Shown here one piece after another: positions 11,343-21,311 of a stretch of DNA of 64,000 nt (positions within the stretch are counted from its first letter, which is position 1; each line of letters begins with the position of its first letter). The stretch lies in the NCBI GenBank assembly GCA_035501155.1, contig DATJWO010000046.1, forward strand, positions 182 through 64,181, given 5' to 3'. The notes beneath the pieces are model-generated. The model searched no databases. It was not told the origin of the DNA and saw only the letters and a program-made list of their open reading frames with translations. The DNA is from Bryobacteraceae bacterium. GTDB taxonomy: Bacteria > Acidobacteriota > Terriglobia > Bryobacterales > Bryobacteraceae. Position numbers and translations under genes: made by a program.

Positions 11343-12074
11343 ATGTCTACTGACGACCAGGTTCGCGCGCTCGAAAAGAAGGTTGAAGAGCTCACCGGAC
11401 GCCTCGCGCGTCTTGAAGACACGCAGGCAGTCCGCGACTTGCAGTTCAAGTACGGTTACTATCTCGACAAGTGCCTGTACGACGAAGTTGTGGACTTGTT
11501 CACCGACGATTGTGAGGTCCACTTCATCGGCGGGATATTCCGCGGTAAAGAAAGCGCCCGCCGCCTGTATTGTGGCCGGTTTCGCAAGAACTTCACGGGC
11601 GGCCACAACGGCCCGGTGCAAGGCTACCTGTTGGATCACATGATGCTGCAGGACATCATCGACGTTTCGCCCGACGGCAAGCTCGCCTACGCGCGTCTCC
11701 GCGTGTTCATGCAGGCCGGACGCCATCACGAGTACACCGACGATACGCATCCGCTGCGCCAATGGTGGGAAGGCTCGCTGTACGAAAACGTCTACGCCAA
11801 GGATAACGGTATCTGGAAAATGAAGGTGCTGAACTACCGCCCCGTTTACCACGCCGATTTCGACAAAGGGTGGGCCTTCACCAAGCCGCATTACGTGCCC
11901 TTCTATACGGACACTTATCCGACCAATCCCACGGGCCCCGACGAACTTGAACAACCCACGCCGCCGCTATGGCCTGACACCGACGTGTTGCCGTTCCACT
12001 ATCCGCATCCGGTGACCGGTAGAGAGGTCAAGATCGAGAAACCGCCGGTCATCACCAAAGCAGCCGCAAAGTAG
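11343..12074 (+). CDS. SnoaL-like / NTF2-fold family protein
   Basis: 243 aa. The N-terminal helix plus AVRDLQFKYGYYLDKCLYDEVVDLFTDDCEV pattern is typical of SnoaL_4-type NTF2 proteins. There are 7 nt between its stop and the next start. Confidence 0.65.
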   Translation: MSTDDQVRALEKKVEELTGRLARLEDTQAVRDLQFKYGYYLDKCLYDEVVDLFTDDCEVHFIGGIFRGKESARRLYCGRFRKNFTGGHNGPVQGYLLDHMMLQDIIDVSPDGKLAYARLRVFMQAGRHHEYTDDTHPLRQWWEGSLYENVYAKDNGIWKMKVLNYRPVYHADFDKGWAFTKPHYVPFYTDTYPTNPTGPDELEQPTPPLWPDTDVLPFHYPHPVTGREVKIEKPPVITKAAAK

Positions 12075-12081
12075 GTCGAGT

Positions 12082-13533
12082 ATGGCCAAGCCGTTTCCCA
12101 ACACGATGGACTTCGGGGGCTGGAACGCCCCCTCGCGCATTGAGTGCGACATCTACGATCTCGTGGTCGAAGGCAATCTGCCCGAAGAGATTAACGGCAA
12201 CTGGTACCGCTCCATCCCCGATCCGCAATATTCGCCCATGCTCGGCGACGACACCTACCTGAGCGGCGACGGCATGGTGAGCCTGTTCCGCTTCGAAAAC
12301 GGCCACGTCGATTTCAAGATGCGCTATGTCAAGACCGAGCGCTGGAAGAACGAGCGCGCGGCACGGCGTTCGCTCTACGGCCTGTATCGCAATCCTTATA
12401 CGGACGACCCCAGCGTCCAAGGCAAGCCGCGCAATGTGAACAACACCACGCCGGTTTGGCACGCCGGCCGGCTGCTGGCTACGAAGGAAGACAGCCACGC
12501 CATGGAAATGGATCCGCACACGCTCGAGACCATCGGTATGTGGGATTACGACGGAAAGCTGAAAAGTCAGACCATGACCGCGCACACCCGTCTCGCACCC
12601 GACACCGGCGATCTCTACTTTTTTGGCTACGAGGCCGGCGGCCTGTGCACGCGCGACGTCTCGTTCTGCGTCGCCGACAAGAAAGGCAACCTGGTCCGCG
12701 AGGAATGGTTCGAGGCACCGTACGTCGCGCTGATGCACGATTTTGCTGTTACGCGGGAACACGTCGTGTTTCCGGTCTTCCCCATCACCGCGAACCTGGA
12801 ACGCATCAAGGCCGGCGGCCACCATTGGATCTTCGAGCAGGATAAGGAAAGCTTCATCGGCATTCTGCCCCGCGACGCGCACGTAAAGCACATGCGCTGG
12901 TTCCGCGGCCCCGCCCGCTCGTCCTTCCACTTCATGAACGCTTACAGCGAAGGCAACTTTGTCCACCTGTATTTCGGCGTCAGTAAAGTGCCGCCGTTTC
13001 CGTTCATGCAGAAGGCGTCGGGGATCAACTTGCGGCCGGATCAGGTGCGCATTGGATTCGTCCGCTGGACCTTCGATCTTTCCAAACCCGGCGACACGTT
13101 CGAAGAGCACGTCATCGGCCCCAGCGGCGACATGCCGCGCACCGCGCTGAAAGACCAGATGCGCGACTTCGACATCGGCTACTACCAGACCTTTGATCCA
13201 AGGAATGCCCCGCAGGACGGGCCTCCGCCGATCGCCGGACCCGTCGGCGCGGGATTTAACACCATCCTTCGGATGGAGGTGAAAACCGGCAAGCACACGA
13301 AACTGTCGCTCGGCCCGACGGTCACTGTGCAGGAGCACGTTCACATTCCGTCGAAGATCCCCGGTCACGAAGGTTACCTGGCGTTTGTCTGCGACATGCA
13401 CGATCAGCAACTGTCTGAGGTCGCCATCGTCGAGGCGGAGCATATCGAAAAAGGCCCCATCGCGCGGATCAAGATTCCGTTCCGCCTGCGCGTTCAGGTG
13501 CATGGCAACTGGGTGCCGGCCGAGGAGCTTTAA
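12082..13533 (+). CDS. Carotenoid/stilbene cleavage oxygenase family protein (RPE65/CCO fold)
   Basis: 483 aa. Four His iron-ligand contexts are recognisable: TAHTRL, MHDFAVT, FHFMNAY and VQVHGNW. Confidence 0.88.
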   Translation: MAKPFPNTMDFGGWNAPSRIECDIYDLVVEGNLPEEINGNWYRSIPDPQYSPMLGDDTYLSGDGMVSLFRFENGHVDFKMRYVKTERWKNERAARRSLYGLYRNPYTDDPSVQGKPRNVNNTTPVWHAGRLLATKEDSHAMEMDPHTLETIGMWDYDGKLKSQTMTAHTRLAPDTGDLYFFGYEAGGLCTRDVSFCVADKKGNLVREEWFEAPYVALMHDFAVTREHVVFPVFPITANLERIKAGGHHWIFEQDKESFIGILPRDAHVKHMRWFRGPARSSFHFMNAYSEGNFVHLYFGVSKVPPFPFMQKASGINLRPDQVRIGFVRWTFDLSKPGDTFEEHVIGPSGDMPRTALKDQMRDFDIGYYQTFDPRNAPQDGPPPIAGPVGAGFNTILRMEVKTGKHTKLSLGPTVTVQEHVHIPSKIPGHEGYLAFVCDMHDQQLSEVAIVEAEHIEKGPIARIKIPFRLRVQVHGNWVPAEEL

Positions 13534-14880
13534 ATGGGCGACGATTTCGGGGATTTTGGCGACGGCGGCGGTTTCGATGACGACGGCGACGATGGCAACG
13601 CGGACGATCAATACGACGATCAAGGCGACGACCAAGACGACGGAGATCAGGACGACGAAGGCGGCGACGACCAGGGTGATGACCAGGACGACGATCAGCA
13701 AGACGACGGGCAAGATCAGGACGGCCGGGACGGCGGCGATCAGAACCTCGACGACCTCTTCGCCTCCGACGAAGACCTGCCGCAGGTCGACGACGATGTC
13801 TACGCTACGGCCGACGATTTCCCGAACGCCGACGCCTCCGACTTCGAAGACGACACCGGCGACTGGACTCCGGACGATTATCAGGAGTCAGCTCAGAATC
13901 TCTTCGGCGATCACGAGTTCTTCGGCGACACGCTGATCCAGCAGAAGACCGACGAAGGTTTTCAGCCCTATCAGGACGCCGGTTTCACCCGAGCCTTCGA
14001 CCAGATCGCGCCCGGTACGTCCGACACGGTGCAACTTTTCGAGCGCGACGGCCGGCTGTTCGCCTTCGGCTTAGTGTCGCAAGCGGTGCTTGAAATGCTT
14101 GCGGCCCGCTACACCGGCATCGATCTGAGCGGCTTGGAAGTAGCGGTCCCGCAAAAGGGCGAGCCGGTTCAGCCGCAGCCGCTGCCCCCCGCGTTTGCCA
14201 ACGTCGCCGAGCAAGACGCGGTCGACCTGCGCAAATACGCCACACCCATCGGCGACCAAGGCCAAACCGGCCGCTGCTCCGCGTTCGCCTGGACCCATGC
14301 CACGGAGATGTCGCGCAGTATCCTCAACGAGGAACCGGTGCGTCTGTCGCCGAACTTTACCATGCTCGAGTTCCAGCGCATGCAAGGCGACGCGCGGGAC
14401 TACACGTACGCTTACGAGGGTGGCGACGGAACCGTCAGCGGTCCCGATCCCGGCAACGTGCTGGTCGAATACGGAACCTGCCGCCAGGAACTTTGGCCCG
14501 ACGACCGGCCGCAGCCGGCGGCGCGAGAACCGCAGCTGGAACAAGATGCCGAACGCTACCGGTTAGAAGGCGCCCCGCTGCCCATCGCGCTCGACGACGT
14601 CCGCAAGGTTCTGAGCGCTGGTTGCCCCGTACATGTTTCCATGAACACTGGCGCGGCGTTTTCGGGCGTCGGCCGCGACGGCGTCTTCAATGCCGCCGAA
14701 GCTCCTTGGGGAAGGCACGGCCGGCACGCCATGCTGATCGTCGGCTATATCGGGAATTTCTTTATCCTGAAAAACTCGTGGGGCACGGACTGGGGCGACA
14801 AGGGCTACGGCTATGTCCCGAAAAATGTCCTCGCCGCCTCAGATCCCGAGTTTATTGCCGTACTGTTGAAACGAAACTAA
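13534..14880 (+). CDS. Papain-like (C1 family) cysteine peptidase with about 130-aa poly-acidic N-terminal region, no signal peptide
   Basis: ATG immediately follows the upstream TAA. Catalytic contexts [13 protein letters not shown] (Gln/Cys), [10 protein letters not shown] (His) and [17 protein letters not shown] (Asn/Trp). The N-terminus is almost only D/G/Q. Confidence 0.85.
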   Translation: MGDDFGDFGDGGGFDDDGDDGNADDQYDDQGDDQDDGDQDDEGGDDQGDDQDDDQQDDGQDQDGRDGGDQNLDDLFASDEDLPQVDDDVYATADDFPNADASDFEDDTGDWTPDDYQESAQNLFGDHEFFGDTLIQQKTDEGFQPYQDAGFTRAFDQIAPGTSDTVQLFERDGRLFAFGLVSQAVLEMLAARYTGIDLSGLEVAVPQKGEPVQPQPLPPAFANVAEQDAVDLRKYATPIGDQGQTGRCSAFAWTHATEMSRSILNEEPVRLSPNFTMLEFQRMQGDARDYTYAYEGGDGTVSGPDPGNVLVEYGTCRQELWPDDRPQPAAREPQLEQDAERYRLEGAPLPIALDDVRKVLSAGCPVHVSMNTGAAFSGVGRDGVFNAAEAPWGRHGRHAMLIVGYIGNFFILKNSWGTDWGDKGYGYVPKNVLAASDPEFIAVLLKRN

Positions 14881-14885
14881 GCCGC

Positions 14886-15287
14886 TTACGGGCGGTCGTA
14901 GTCGTGTTCGTAGTGATCGCGCATGTCGCGCAGCCGGATCAAGTCATCCGATACCGAGGTGCGGACGCGTTCGTAGAGGCGATTGTTGTCGACAATTCTT
15001 TGCAAAGAAACAATGGTATCGGTCAGCGTTGAGGGACTGTAGTTTCCGTCGTCCATCTGCTGCTCGAATTCGCTCACTTCATCCCGCGCCCGATCGATCC
15101 GGGTCCTGTCCCCGTTGAACCCATCGGCAGTGGCGGCGGCACGGTCCAGGTCTGTTTGAACGCGGGCTAGGAAAGCATCGCGATCTTGAGACCCGGCGAA
15201 GGCTCTTGGTGTTTGCTGCGCGCTCGCCGCTGTGGCGAAGAGCAGCAAGCCGGAGCCAACGATGCTACTCAGTATTAGGTGTCTCAT
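14886..15287 (-). CDS. Small exported protein, paralog A (unknown function)
   Basis: 133 aa with signal peptide ...LLLFATAASAQ and AGGAGG upstream of the ATG. It aligns along its length with the neighbouring 122-aa ORF. Confidence 0.7.
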   Translation of the reverse strand: MRHLILSSIVGSGLLLFATAASAQQTPRAFAGSQDRDAFLARVQTDLDRAAATADGFNGDRTRIDRARDEVSEFEQQMDDGNYSPSTLTDTIVSLQRIVDNNRLYERVRTSVSDDLIRLRDMRDHYEHDYDRP

Positions 15288-15373
15288 GCTCCACTTACCT
15301 CCTACCCCAGCGGACGTGGCGCAGCAGGTATGGGATGCCAGACAAACGGTTACTTGGGTACTGAAACCTTGCG

Positions 15374-15742
15374 TTAACGCCAGCCCATGCGTGCCCGGTA
15401 ATCCCGCATCTGGAACAAATCGCTGGCCAACATCTCGCGGTCGCGCGGCGGCATCCGGTTGTCGTTCACAACCTTCTGGAGCGCGCCGATGGCATCGTTC
15501 AGCTCATGACGGTTCCCGCCGCGTTGAAACTCACCCAGCTCTTCGCGAACCTTGTTGAGGCGATGACGGTCGCCGCCGTTCCAGTAGGACGCCCCTTCGA
15601 CACGATCCAGGTCGGCGCGCACCCGGTCGAATAGATCGCCGCGCTGAAAATCGCGTGATTCATAGCGTGGCGCGTACTGCGCATATGCCGCCACGCTTGC
15701 CAGTCCCGCTCCAAGCAGTGCCACCGTTAGAAGCCTTCTCAT
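15374..15742 (-). CDS. Small exported protein, paralog B (unknown function)
   Basis: 122 aa with signal peptide ...LGAGLASVAAYAQ and GGAGGG upstream of the ATG. Shares D.F..RV..DLDR...GDR.R....R.E..EF...LQ..V..NR...DL...RD.R with paralog A. Confidence 0.7.
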   Translation of the reverse strand: MRRLLTVALLGAGLASVAAYAQYAPRYESRDFQRGDLFDRVRADLDRVEGASYWNGGDRHRLNKVREELGEFQRGGNRHELNDAIGALQKVVNDNRMPPRDREMLASDLFQMRDYRARMGWR

Positions 15743-15825
15743 GTTCGGCCCTCCACGCCATCTGAGACGCGCCGAGCGACACGGGAAGGTTCACAGCGGC
15801 TGATTATTTGTCTTTAATCGAATCG

Positions 15826-18300
15826 CTACTTGCCGCGTTCAATGCGCATGGCGTAGAAGGACCGCCACACGAACACCACGGAGATCGCCAGGAATATCGC
15901 GGCCAGCACGCCGGTGAACACCGAGCCCTGCCCGGCCGTGAGCGAAACCGCCAGTTCCACCGCCAGAAGACCAAACAGGGTGGTGAACTTGATGATCGGA
16001 TTCAGCGCCACCGACGATGTGTCCTTGAACGGATCGCCAACCGTGTCACCGACCACCGTAGCATCGTGCAACGGAGTGCCTTTTTGCTTCAGCTCGGTCT
16101 CCACAATCTTCTTCGCGTTGTCCCAGGCGCCTCCCGCGTTGGCCATGAAGATCGCCTGGTACAAGCCGAATAACGCGATCGAGATCAGGTAGCCGATGAA
16201 GTAGTACGGCTCGACGAACGCAAATCCAAGCGTGGCGAAGAACACCGTGATGAAGATGTTCAGCATGCCCTTTTGCGCGTATTGCGTGCAGATTTCCACA
16301 ACCTTCTTGCTGTCGGTCACCGAAGCTTTCGTCACGCCCTCCAGCTTGATGTTGGCCTTGATGAACTCCACCGCCCGGTAAGCGCCGGTCGTCACTGCCT
16401 GAGCCGATGCGCCGGTGAACCAGTAGATCACCGCGCCGCCGGTGATCAGGCCCAGCAGGAAGGGCGCGTGCAGAATGGACAGGTTCGACAGCAACTCGGG
16501 CTTCAAACCGTTCGTCAGGGCGACAATAATCGAAAAGATCATCGTCGTGGCGCCCACCACTGCTGTTCCGATCAACACCGGCTTCGCGGTCGCCTTGAAT
16601 GTGTTGCCTGCACCGTCGTTTTCTTCGAGATTCTCCTTGCCTTTTTCGAAATCCGGCTTAAAGCCGAAATCCTTCTGAATTTCTCCCTCGATCCCGGGCA
16701 TCTGCTCGATCGTGGAAAGCTCGAACACCGACTGCGCGTTGTCGGTCACCGGACCATAGGAGTCTACGGCGATCGTCACCGGGCCCATGCCCAGGAACCC
16801 GAACGCGACCAGACCGAAGGCGAACACCGCCGGCGCCACCATGAGGCCGCCGAGCCCTTGCGTGCTGACGCCGTATCCGATCGCCATCAGAATCATCATC
16901 GCCATGCCCAGCCAATACGCGCTGAAGTTGCCCGCAACAAAGCCCGCCAGAATATTCAGCGACGCCCCGCCTTCTTCCGACGCGGTGACCACCTCGCGGA
17001 CGTGACGCGAGTTCATCGAGGTGAACACTTTCACCAGCTCGGGAATGACCGCACCGGCTAGCGTGCCGCAGGTGATCACGCTGGACAGTTTCCACCACAG
17101 CGTCGTGTCGCCGCCGAGATTCGGAATAATCACAGCGGAAACCGCATAGGTTAGAATGATCGAAACGATTGACGTCAGCCAGACCAGCGAGGTTAGCGGC
17201 CCCTCAAAATTCATCTTGGCCACATTTGCATAACGGTTTTTCGCCACGATGCCGTTGAGGAAATACGACCCACCGGAGGAAAAAATCATCACTACACGCA
17301 TCACGAAGATCCACACCAGCAGTTGCACCTGCACCAGCGGACTCTTCACGGCCAGCAGGATGAAAGTGATCAGCGCCACGCCGGTCACGCCGTAAGTCTC
17401 AAAGCCATCCGCGCTCGGTCCCACCGAGTCGCCCGCATTGTCGCCAGTGCAATCCGCGATCACGCCCGGGTTGCGCGCGTCATCCTCCTTGATCTTGAAC
17501 ACGATCTTCATCAAGTCCGCGCCGATATCGGCGATCTTGGTGAAAATACCTCCCGCCACGCGCAGCGCCGCCGCGCCCAGCGACTCGCCGATCGCAAATC
17601 CGATAAAACAGGGCCCGGCATAATCGCCAGGTATGAAGAGCAGGATGAACAGCATCATGACCAGCTCGATGCTGATCAGCATCATGCCTATGCTCATGCC
17701 GGCCTTCAGCGGGATCGAATTGCAGGGGAACGCCTTGCCCGTCAGGCTGGCAAACGCCGTCCGCGAGTTGGCGAACGTGTTCACCCGGATTCCGAACCAT
17801 GCCACGGTGTAGCTGCCGGCCATGCCGATCAGACTAAAGAGCAGAATGATCGGTAGCGTCACGGCTACCGGTTTGCCCGGCGCCGGCGCCAGCCAGCCAA
17901 AATACAGGCCGATCACCACCGCGATGAAAACCCAGAGCAGCAGCAAAAACTTGCCTTGCGTGATTAGGTAAGTCTTACACGTCTCATAAATCAGCTCGGA
18001 GATTTCGAGCATGGACTTGTGCACCGGCAGATCGCGCAGTTGCCTGTAGGTCATTAGACCGAACAGCAACCCCAGGGCACACACGATCAATCCCCACATC
18101 AGCAGCGACCGGCCGTTGGTCCCGCCCAAAAACGTGGCTTGGCTGAGATCCGGCAACACCAGGTTGGCTTCGCCGGCCGCGCCGCCAGACTCCTGGGCCA
18201 TGACAGGCAAAGACATGCTCATCAAGATCGTGGCTGCCAGTAGCAGTGGCAGCAGGAACAGCGTGGCGCGCCGGAGTGACGGCACGCGAGGTGTCAGCAT
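15826..18300 (-). CDS. hppA: Membrane-bound proton/sodium-translocating pyrophosphatase
   Basis: 824-aa polytopic ORF with CTGDNAGDSVGPSADGFETYG and VGDTVGDPFKDTSSVALNPIIKF, both hallmark M-PPase motifs. Confidence 0.95.
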   Translation of the reverse strand: MLTPRVPSLRRATLFLLPLLLAATILMSMSLPVMAQESGGAAGEANLVLPDLSQATFLGGTNGRSLLMWGLIVCALGLLFGLMTYRQLRDLPVHKSMLEISELIYETCKTYLITQGKFLLLLWVFIAVVIGLYFGWLAPAPGKPVAVTLPIILLFSLIGMAGSYTVAWFGIRVNTFANSRTAFASLTGKAFPCNSIPLKAGMSIGMMLISIELVMMLFILLFIPGDYAGPCFIGFAIGESLGAAALRVAGGIFTKIADIGADLMKIVFKIKEDDARNPGVIADCTGDNAGDSVGPSADGFETYGVTGVALITFILLAVKSPLVQVQLLVWIFVMRVVMIFSSGGSYFLNGIVAKNRYANVAKMNFEGPLTSLVWLTSIVSIILTYAVSAVIIPNLGGDTTLWWKLSSVITCGTLAGAVIPELVKVFTSMNSRHVREVVTASEEGGASLNILAGFVAGNFSAYWLGMAMMILMAIGYGVSTQGLGGLMVAPAVFAFGLVAFGFLGMGPVTIAVDSYGPVTDNAQSVFELSTIEQMPGIEGEIQKDFGFKPDFEKGKENLEENDGAGNTFKATAKPVLIGTAVVGATTMIFSIIVALTNGLKPELLSNLSILHAPFLLGLITGGAVIYWFTGASAQAVTTGAYRAVEFIKANIKLEGVTKASVTDSKKVVEICTQYAQKGMLNIFITVFFATLGFAFVEPYYFIGYLISIALFGLYQAIFMANAGGAWDNAKKIVETELKQKGTPLHDATVVGDTVGDPFKDTSSVALNPIIKFTTLFGLLAVELAVSLTAGQGSVFTGVLAAIFLAISVVFVWRSFYAMRIERGK

Positions 18301-18466
18301 TCGGTCGAATCCTCCAGAGAAACTTAGGGGGGTCCCCCGGTTGGGGAGACACCTTACGAAAGACGGGTATTACAGATTGCCTAAATACCTTGGATCACGA
18401 TACCGCACTGGGCGCGACCGTGCAACCTTAGGCGGGATAGTACCAGGGACCCGCGACCGCTGCGGC

Positions 18467-18499
18467 ATTTCGGGCGGGACGGCCGGCCCCGCCCGAAAT
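18467..18499 (-). terminator. GC-rich hairpin between the S53 peptidase and hppA (possible terminator, no U-tract)
   Basis: ATTTCGGGCGGG (18467-18478) pairs perfectly with CCCGCCCGAAAT (18488-18499), leaving a 9-nt loop. It lies about 40 nt downstream of the S53 stop on the minus strand. Confidence 0.3.
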
Positions 18500-18540
18500 C
18501 ATTGTTAAATCAAGACTTGCCTTGCCTTTCCTGCCGTCCC

Positions 18541-21201
18541 TCAGTGTCCCGGCTCTGTGAAGTCGATCGTGTAGCCGGCCACCGTCAGGACGCCCGTCCT
18601 CGTGCTTTTCGTGGTGTTCACGCCTGCCAGGTACGAAACGGTTCCATTTCCGCTGCCGTTGGTGCCCGAAGTCACGCTCAACCAGGAGGCATTGCTGGAT
18701 GCCGTCCATTTGCAACCTGAGGTCGTCTTCACGGAGACAGTCCCGCTGTAGCCGTTCGCCGTGGTTGTGATCGCGCCCAAGGAAACCAGGTAGCTGCAAC
18801 TTACTGGGGCAACGCCGTTTTGATTCACCGTAAAGGTGAGCCCGGCAATCGTCAAAGTCCCTGTGCGGGCCGCGCCGGTATTCGCCGCCGCTTTGTAAGT
18901 GACGCTCTTTGAGCCCGTGCCGGACGCGGCCGAGGTAATGCTAATCCAACTGGAATTACTCACGGCCGTCCACGATGCCGTCGAAGGGCTGGCTGTGATG
19001 GCAATGCTGCCCGTGCCTCCGGACGCCGCGAAAGTCGCCGACAGGGGGTTCAGCGTGAAGACGGCAGCAGCAGCGGCTTGCGTCACAGTCAGCGTGTGTC
19101 CGGCGATGGTGAGCGTGCCCGTACGGGACGTCAGCGCAGTGTTGGAAGCAACGGAAATCCCGACGCTGCCGTTCCCCACGCCCGAACTGCCGCTGGCGAT
19201 GCTGATCCAGGATGCGTTGGGAGCCGCCGACCACGTACATCCGGACTGCGTCGTGACTGCGTCGGTGAAGCTGCCGCCTGCCGCCGTTGCGCTGATGCCC
19301 GCTGCGCCGAGGCTATAGGTGCAGTTCACCGGCGCCGGAATGCTCGCGTCCGTCCAATGGTTGACGAGTAGGCTGGCATCCACGGATCCTAAGCCGCTGG
19401 CCGCATCGTATCCGGCGCCCGCAGCGAACCCAGTCAGCCCCGGAACCGAGTTGCTCCCCGAGGTCACGTCGTGAAAGACGCCCGCCCCGCCTTTGGACTG
19501 GTTGGTGGCCAGCGCATAGAACGTCGGGTTGGCGCTGCCATGCCGCGCTTGCGTCTTCTGGTTGACCAGAGCCATCAGGCCCGCAAAGGACGGCGTTGCC
19601 GCCGAAGTCCCACCGAACACATAGAACGCGCCGTTCATCGCAACCAGGTAGCCATCGTGCACGGCGCTCGTCAACGCGACATCCGGCACGTCTCGATGCC
19701 CGTCCGCCGGTACGCCCGGTCCTGCCTGCCAGGAAGGCTTGGCATACACCTGGCTTGCACCGCCGCCACCGGCCCATAGCTCCGAACCTCCCGACGCGGT
19801 TCCGCTTTCGTTCCATACCGCCTCGGGAATGTAGCTCAATGCCGAGCCAAACGTGGTGGCGTTGGAATTAGCGGACCAGTAGGCGGTCGGATTCGATGTG
19901 TCTTTGAACTGCGTGCCACCGACACAGGTGCTGTAGGGCGACGAGCAAAGCCCGTTGACAGCTTTCCCGCCCGTCGCGCTCGTGGCAGAAGGCGAGTCGC
20001 AGCCCGCCGCTCCGTTGTCGCCGGACGCGACAAACACGGTCATGCCCTGCGACGCCGCCTGCTGCCACAGGCTGTTCCAGAACTGATTTCCAGCGCTTCC
20101 GAGTGCCGCCTCGCACAAGCCGAAACTCAACGTCACCACCGGCGCGACGTTATGGTTCACGATATATTGCGCTGATAACTCAACCCCGTCGCTCGTGTTG
20201 GTGGAAGCCGACACCACAAACTGGATGGACGCCTTTCTCGCTACCGCTCCCGCCCATTCCACATCCAGCGTCGCTTCGCCTTGTTCGTCCGTCGAAACCA
20301 CCCCCGGGTCCTTTCCGTTCACGATCACCGTGGGATTCGCCGCCGGAAGCCCAAACTGGCTCCGGAACGCCTGAACGTCCGATGCCTTGTAATCGCTGCG
20401 TGCCACGACGGCAATGGATTGCCCCGTTCCGTCAATCGACTGCGAGTAGAGCCCGGCCGAATCGTAGATCGTCGCAAAGTCGGCCGGCGCCAGATAGTGG
20501 GTTGCTCCGGACGTGTACTCGGGAGCCGGCGCATCCGCGGGGCGAAACTCGCCGTGCATCGGCTTGGACTGAAAGTCATGCAGCGAAACGACGCCGCCGA
20601 CTACCTCCGCCAGCGCCCGCGGAATCTCCGGGTCGGTCGCGTTCGCATAATGCAGCGTGCCGCGGACGTTGTAAACGTGGACCTCGGCGTGAAAGGCCGA
20701 TTGCACTTGAGCGGCGGTCCCACTGAACACAATCTGCCGGCGCGAGTTCGAAACCGGCTCGACTTGAAAACCGTGGGATTCCAACCAATCCACCACCCGC
20801 TCCACGTCGCGGTCGGAAGCTCCGAACATCCGGCCAAAATCCTCCGGGCTTAGCCATTGATGATACTGGGGCGACTGGCGGTCCTGCTGCGCTTCGAGTA
20901 GCGCTTCCAGAGCCTCCTGCTGAGCCGCGCTGGGCTGGAGTAGCAGAACCATCCGATCCATGCGAGTGTCGGCAGCGGCCGGCCCTCGGTCAAACTCGGG
21001 CCGCGCCAAAGGATGCACATTGCCTCTGCGCACGACCCGCAAACGTTCGTCTACGGCGCTGGTGATACGGTCCGCAGGCCGTACCGCTGCCAGATCGATC
21101 GATTTGCCGCTTGTTAGTACTTGAGCCCGCATCGGCTCATCCAAAACGACCACAGCCGAAAAACCTACAAGGATAGCTAGACAAAGAAAGCTGGATTTCA
21201 T
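18541..21201 (-). CDS. Secreted S53 (sedolisin/kumamolisin-like) serine peptidase with three C-terminal BACON-like repeats
   Basis: Signal peptide MKSSFLCLAILVGFSAVV. Pro-kumamolisin-type activation region (SPEDFGRMFGASDRDVERVVDWLESHGF). Ser nucleophile context GGTSAATPSFAGLMAL. Three roughly 85-90-aa repeats share ...GC.W.A.SN.SW.S.TSG..G.G...V.Y......R.G.LT.AG.T.TV.Q. Confidence 0.88.
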   Translation of the reverse strand: MKSSFLCLAILVGFSAVVVLDEPMRAQVLTSGKSIDLAAVRPADRITSAVDERLRVVRRGNVHPLARPEFDRGPAAADTRMDRMVLLLQPSAAQQEALEALLEAQQDRQSPQYHQWLSPEDFGRMFGASDRDVERVVDWLESHGFQVEPVSNSRRQIVFSGTAAQVQSAFHAEVHVYNVRGTLHYANATDPEIPRALAEVVGGVVSLHDFQSKPMHGEFRPADAPAPEYTSGATHYLAPADFATIYDSAGLYSQSIDGTGQSIAVVARSDYKASDVQAFRSQFGLPAANPTVIVNGKDPGVVSTDEQGEATLDVEWAGAVARKASIQFVVSASTNTSDGVELSAQYIVNHNVAPVVTLSFGLCEAALGSAGNQFWNSLWQQAASQGMTVFVASGDNGAAGCDSPSATSATGGKAVNGLCSSPYSTCVGGTQFKDTSNPTAYWSANSNATTFGSALSYIPEAVWNESGTASGGSELWAGGGGASQVYAKPSWQAGPGVPADGHRDVPDVALTSAVHDGYLVAMNGAFYVFGGTSAATPSFAGLMALVNQKTQARHGSANPTFYALATNQSKGGAGVFHDVTSGSNSVPGLTGFAAGAGYDAASGLGSVDASLLVNHWTDASIPAPVNCTYSLGAAGISATAAGGSFTDAVTTQSGCTWSAAPNASWISIASGSSGVGNGSVGISVASNTALTSRTGTLTIAGHTLTVTQAAAAAVFTLNPLSATFAASGGTGSIAITASPSTASWTAVSNSSWISITSAASGTGSKSVTYKAAANTGAARTGTLTIAGLTFTVNQNGVAPVSCSYLVSLGAITTTANGYSGTVSVKTTSGCKWTASSNASWLSVTSGTNGSGNGTVSYLAGVNTTKSTRTGVLTVAGYTIDFTEPGH

Positions 21202-21311
21202 TTGTCTCTTTTATCGGCACGCCATCGGAGCTCGATCGGAGAATCTTTGCCTGATAGGGTATTTTGGGCAAAGCCTGGACCGGAGGGTTCATTACCGCGT
21301 GCTGGTTGTGT

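Noticed and set aside
12052-13713. 553-aa minus-strand ORF with long V/I/L runs, superficially like a membrane protein.
   Set aside because: It lies antisense to the well-supported carotenoid oxygenase and to the GAC/GAT-rich acidic tract. The hydrophobic runs are simply the reverse complement of Asp codons. It is a typical high-GC shadow ORF.
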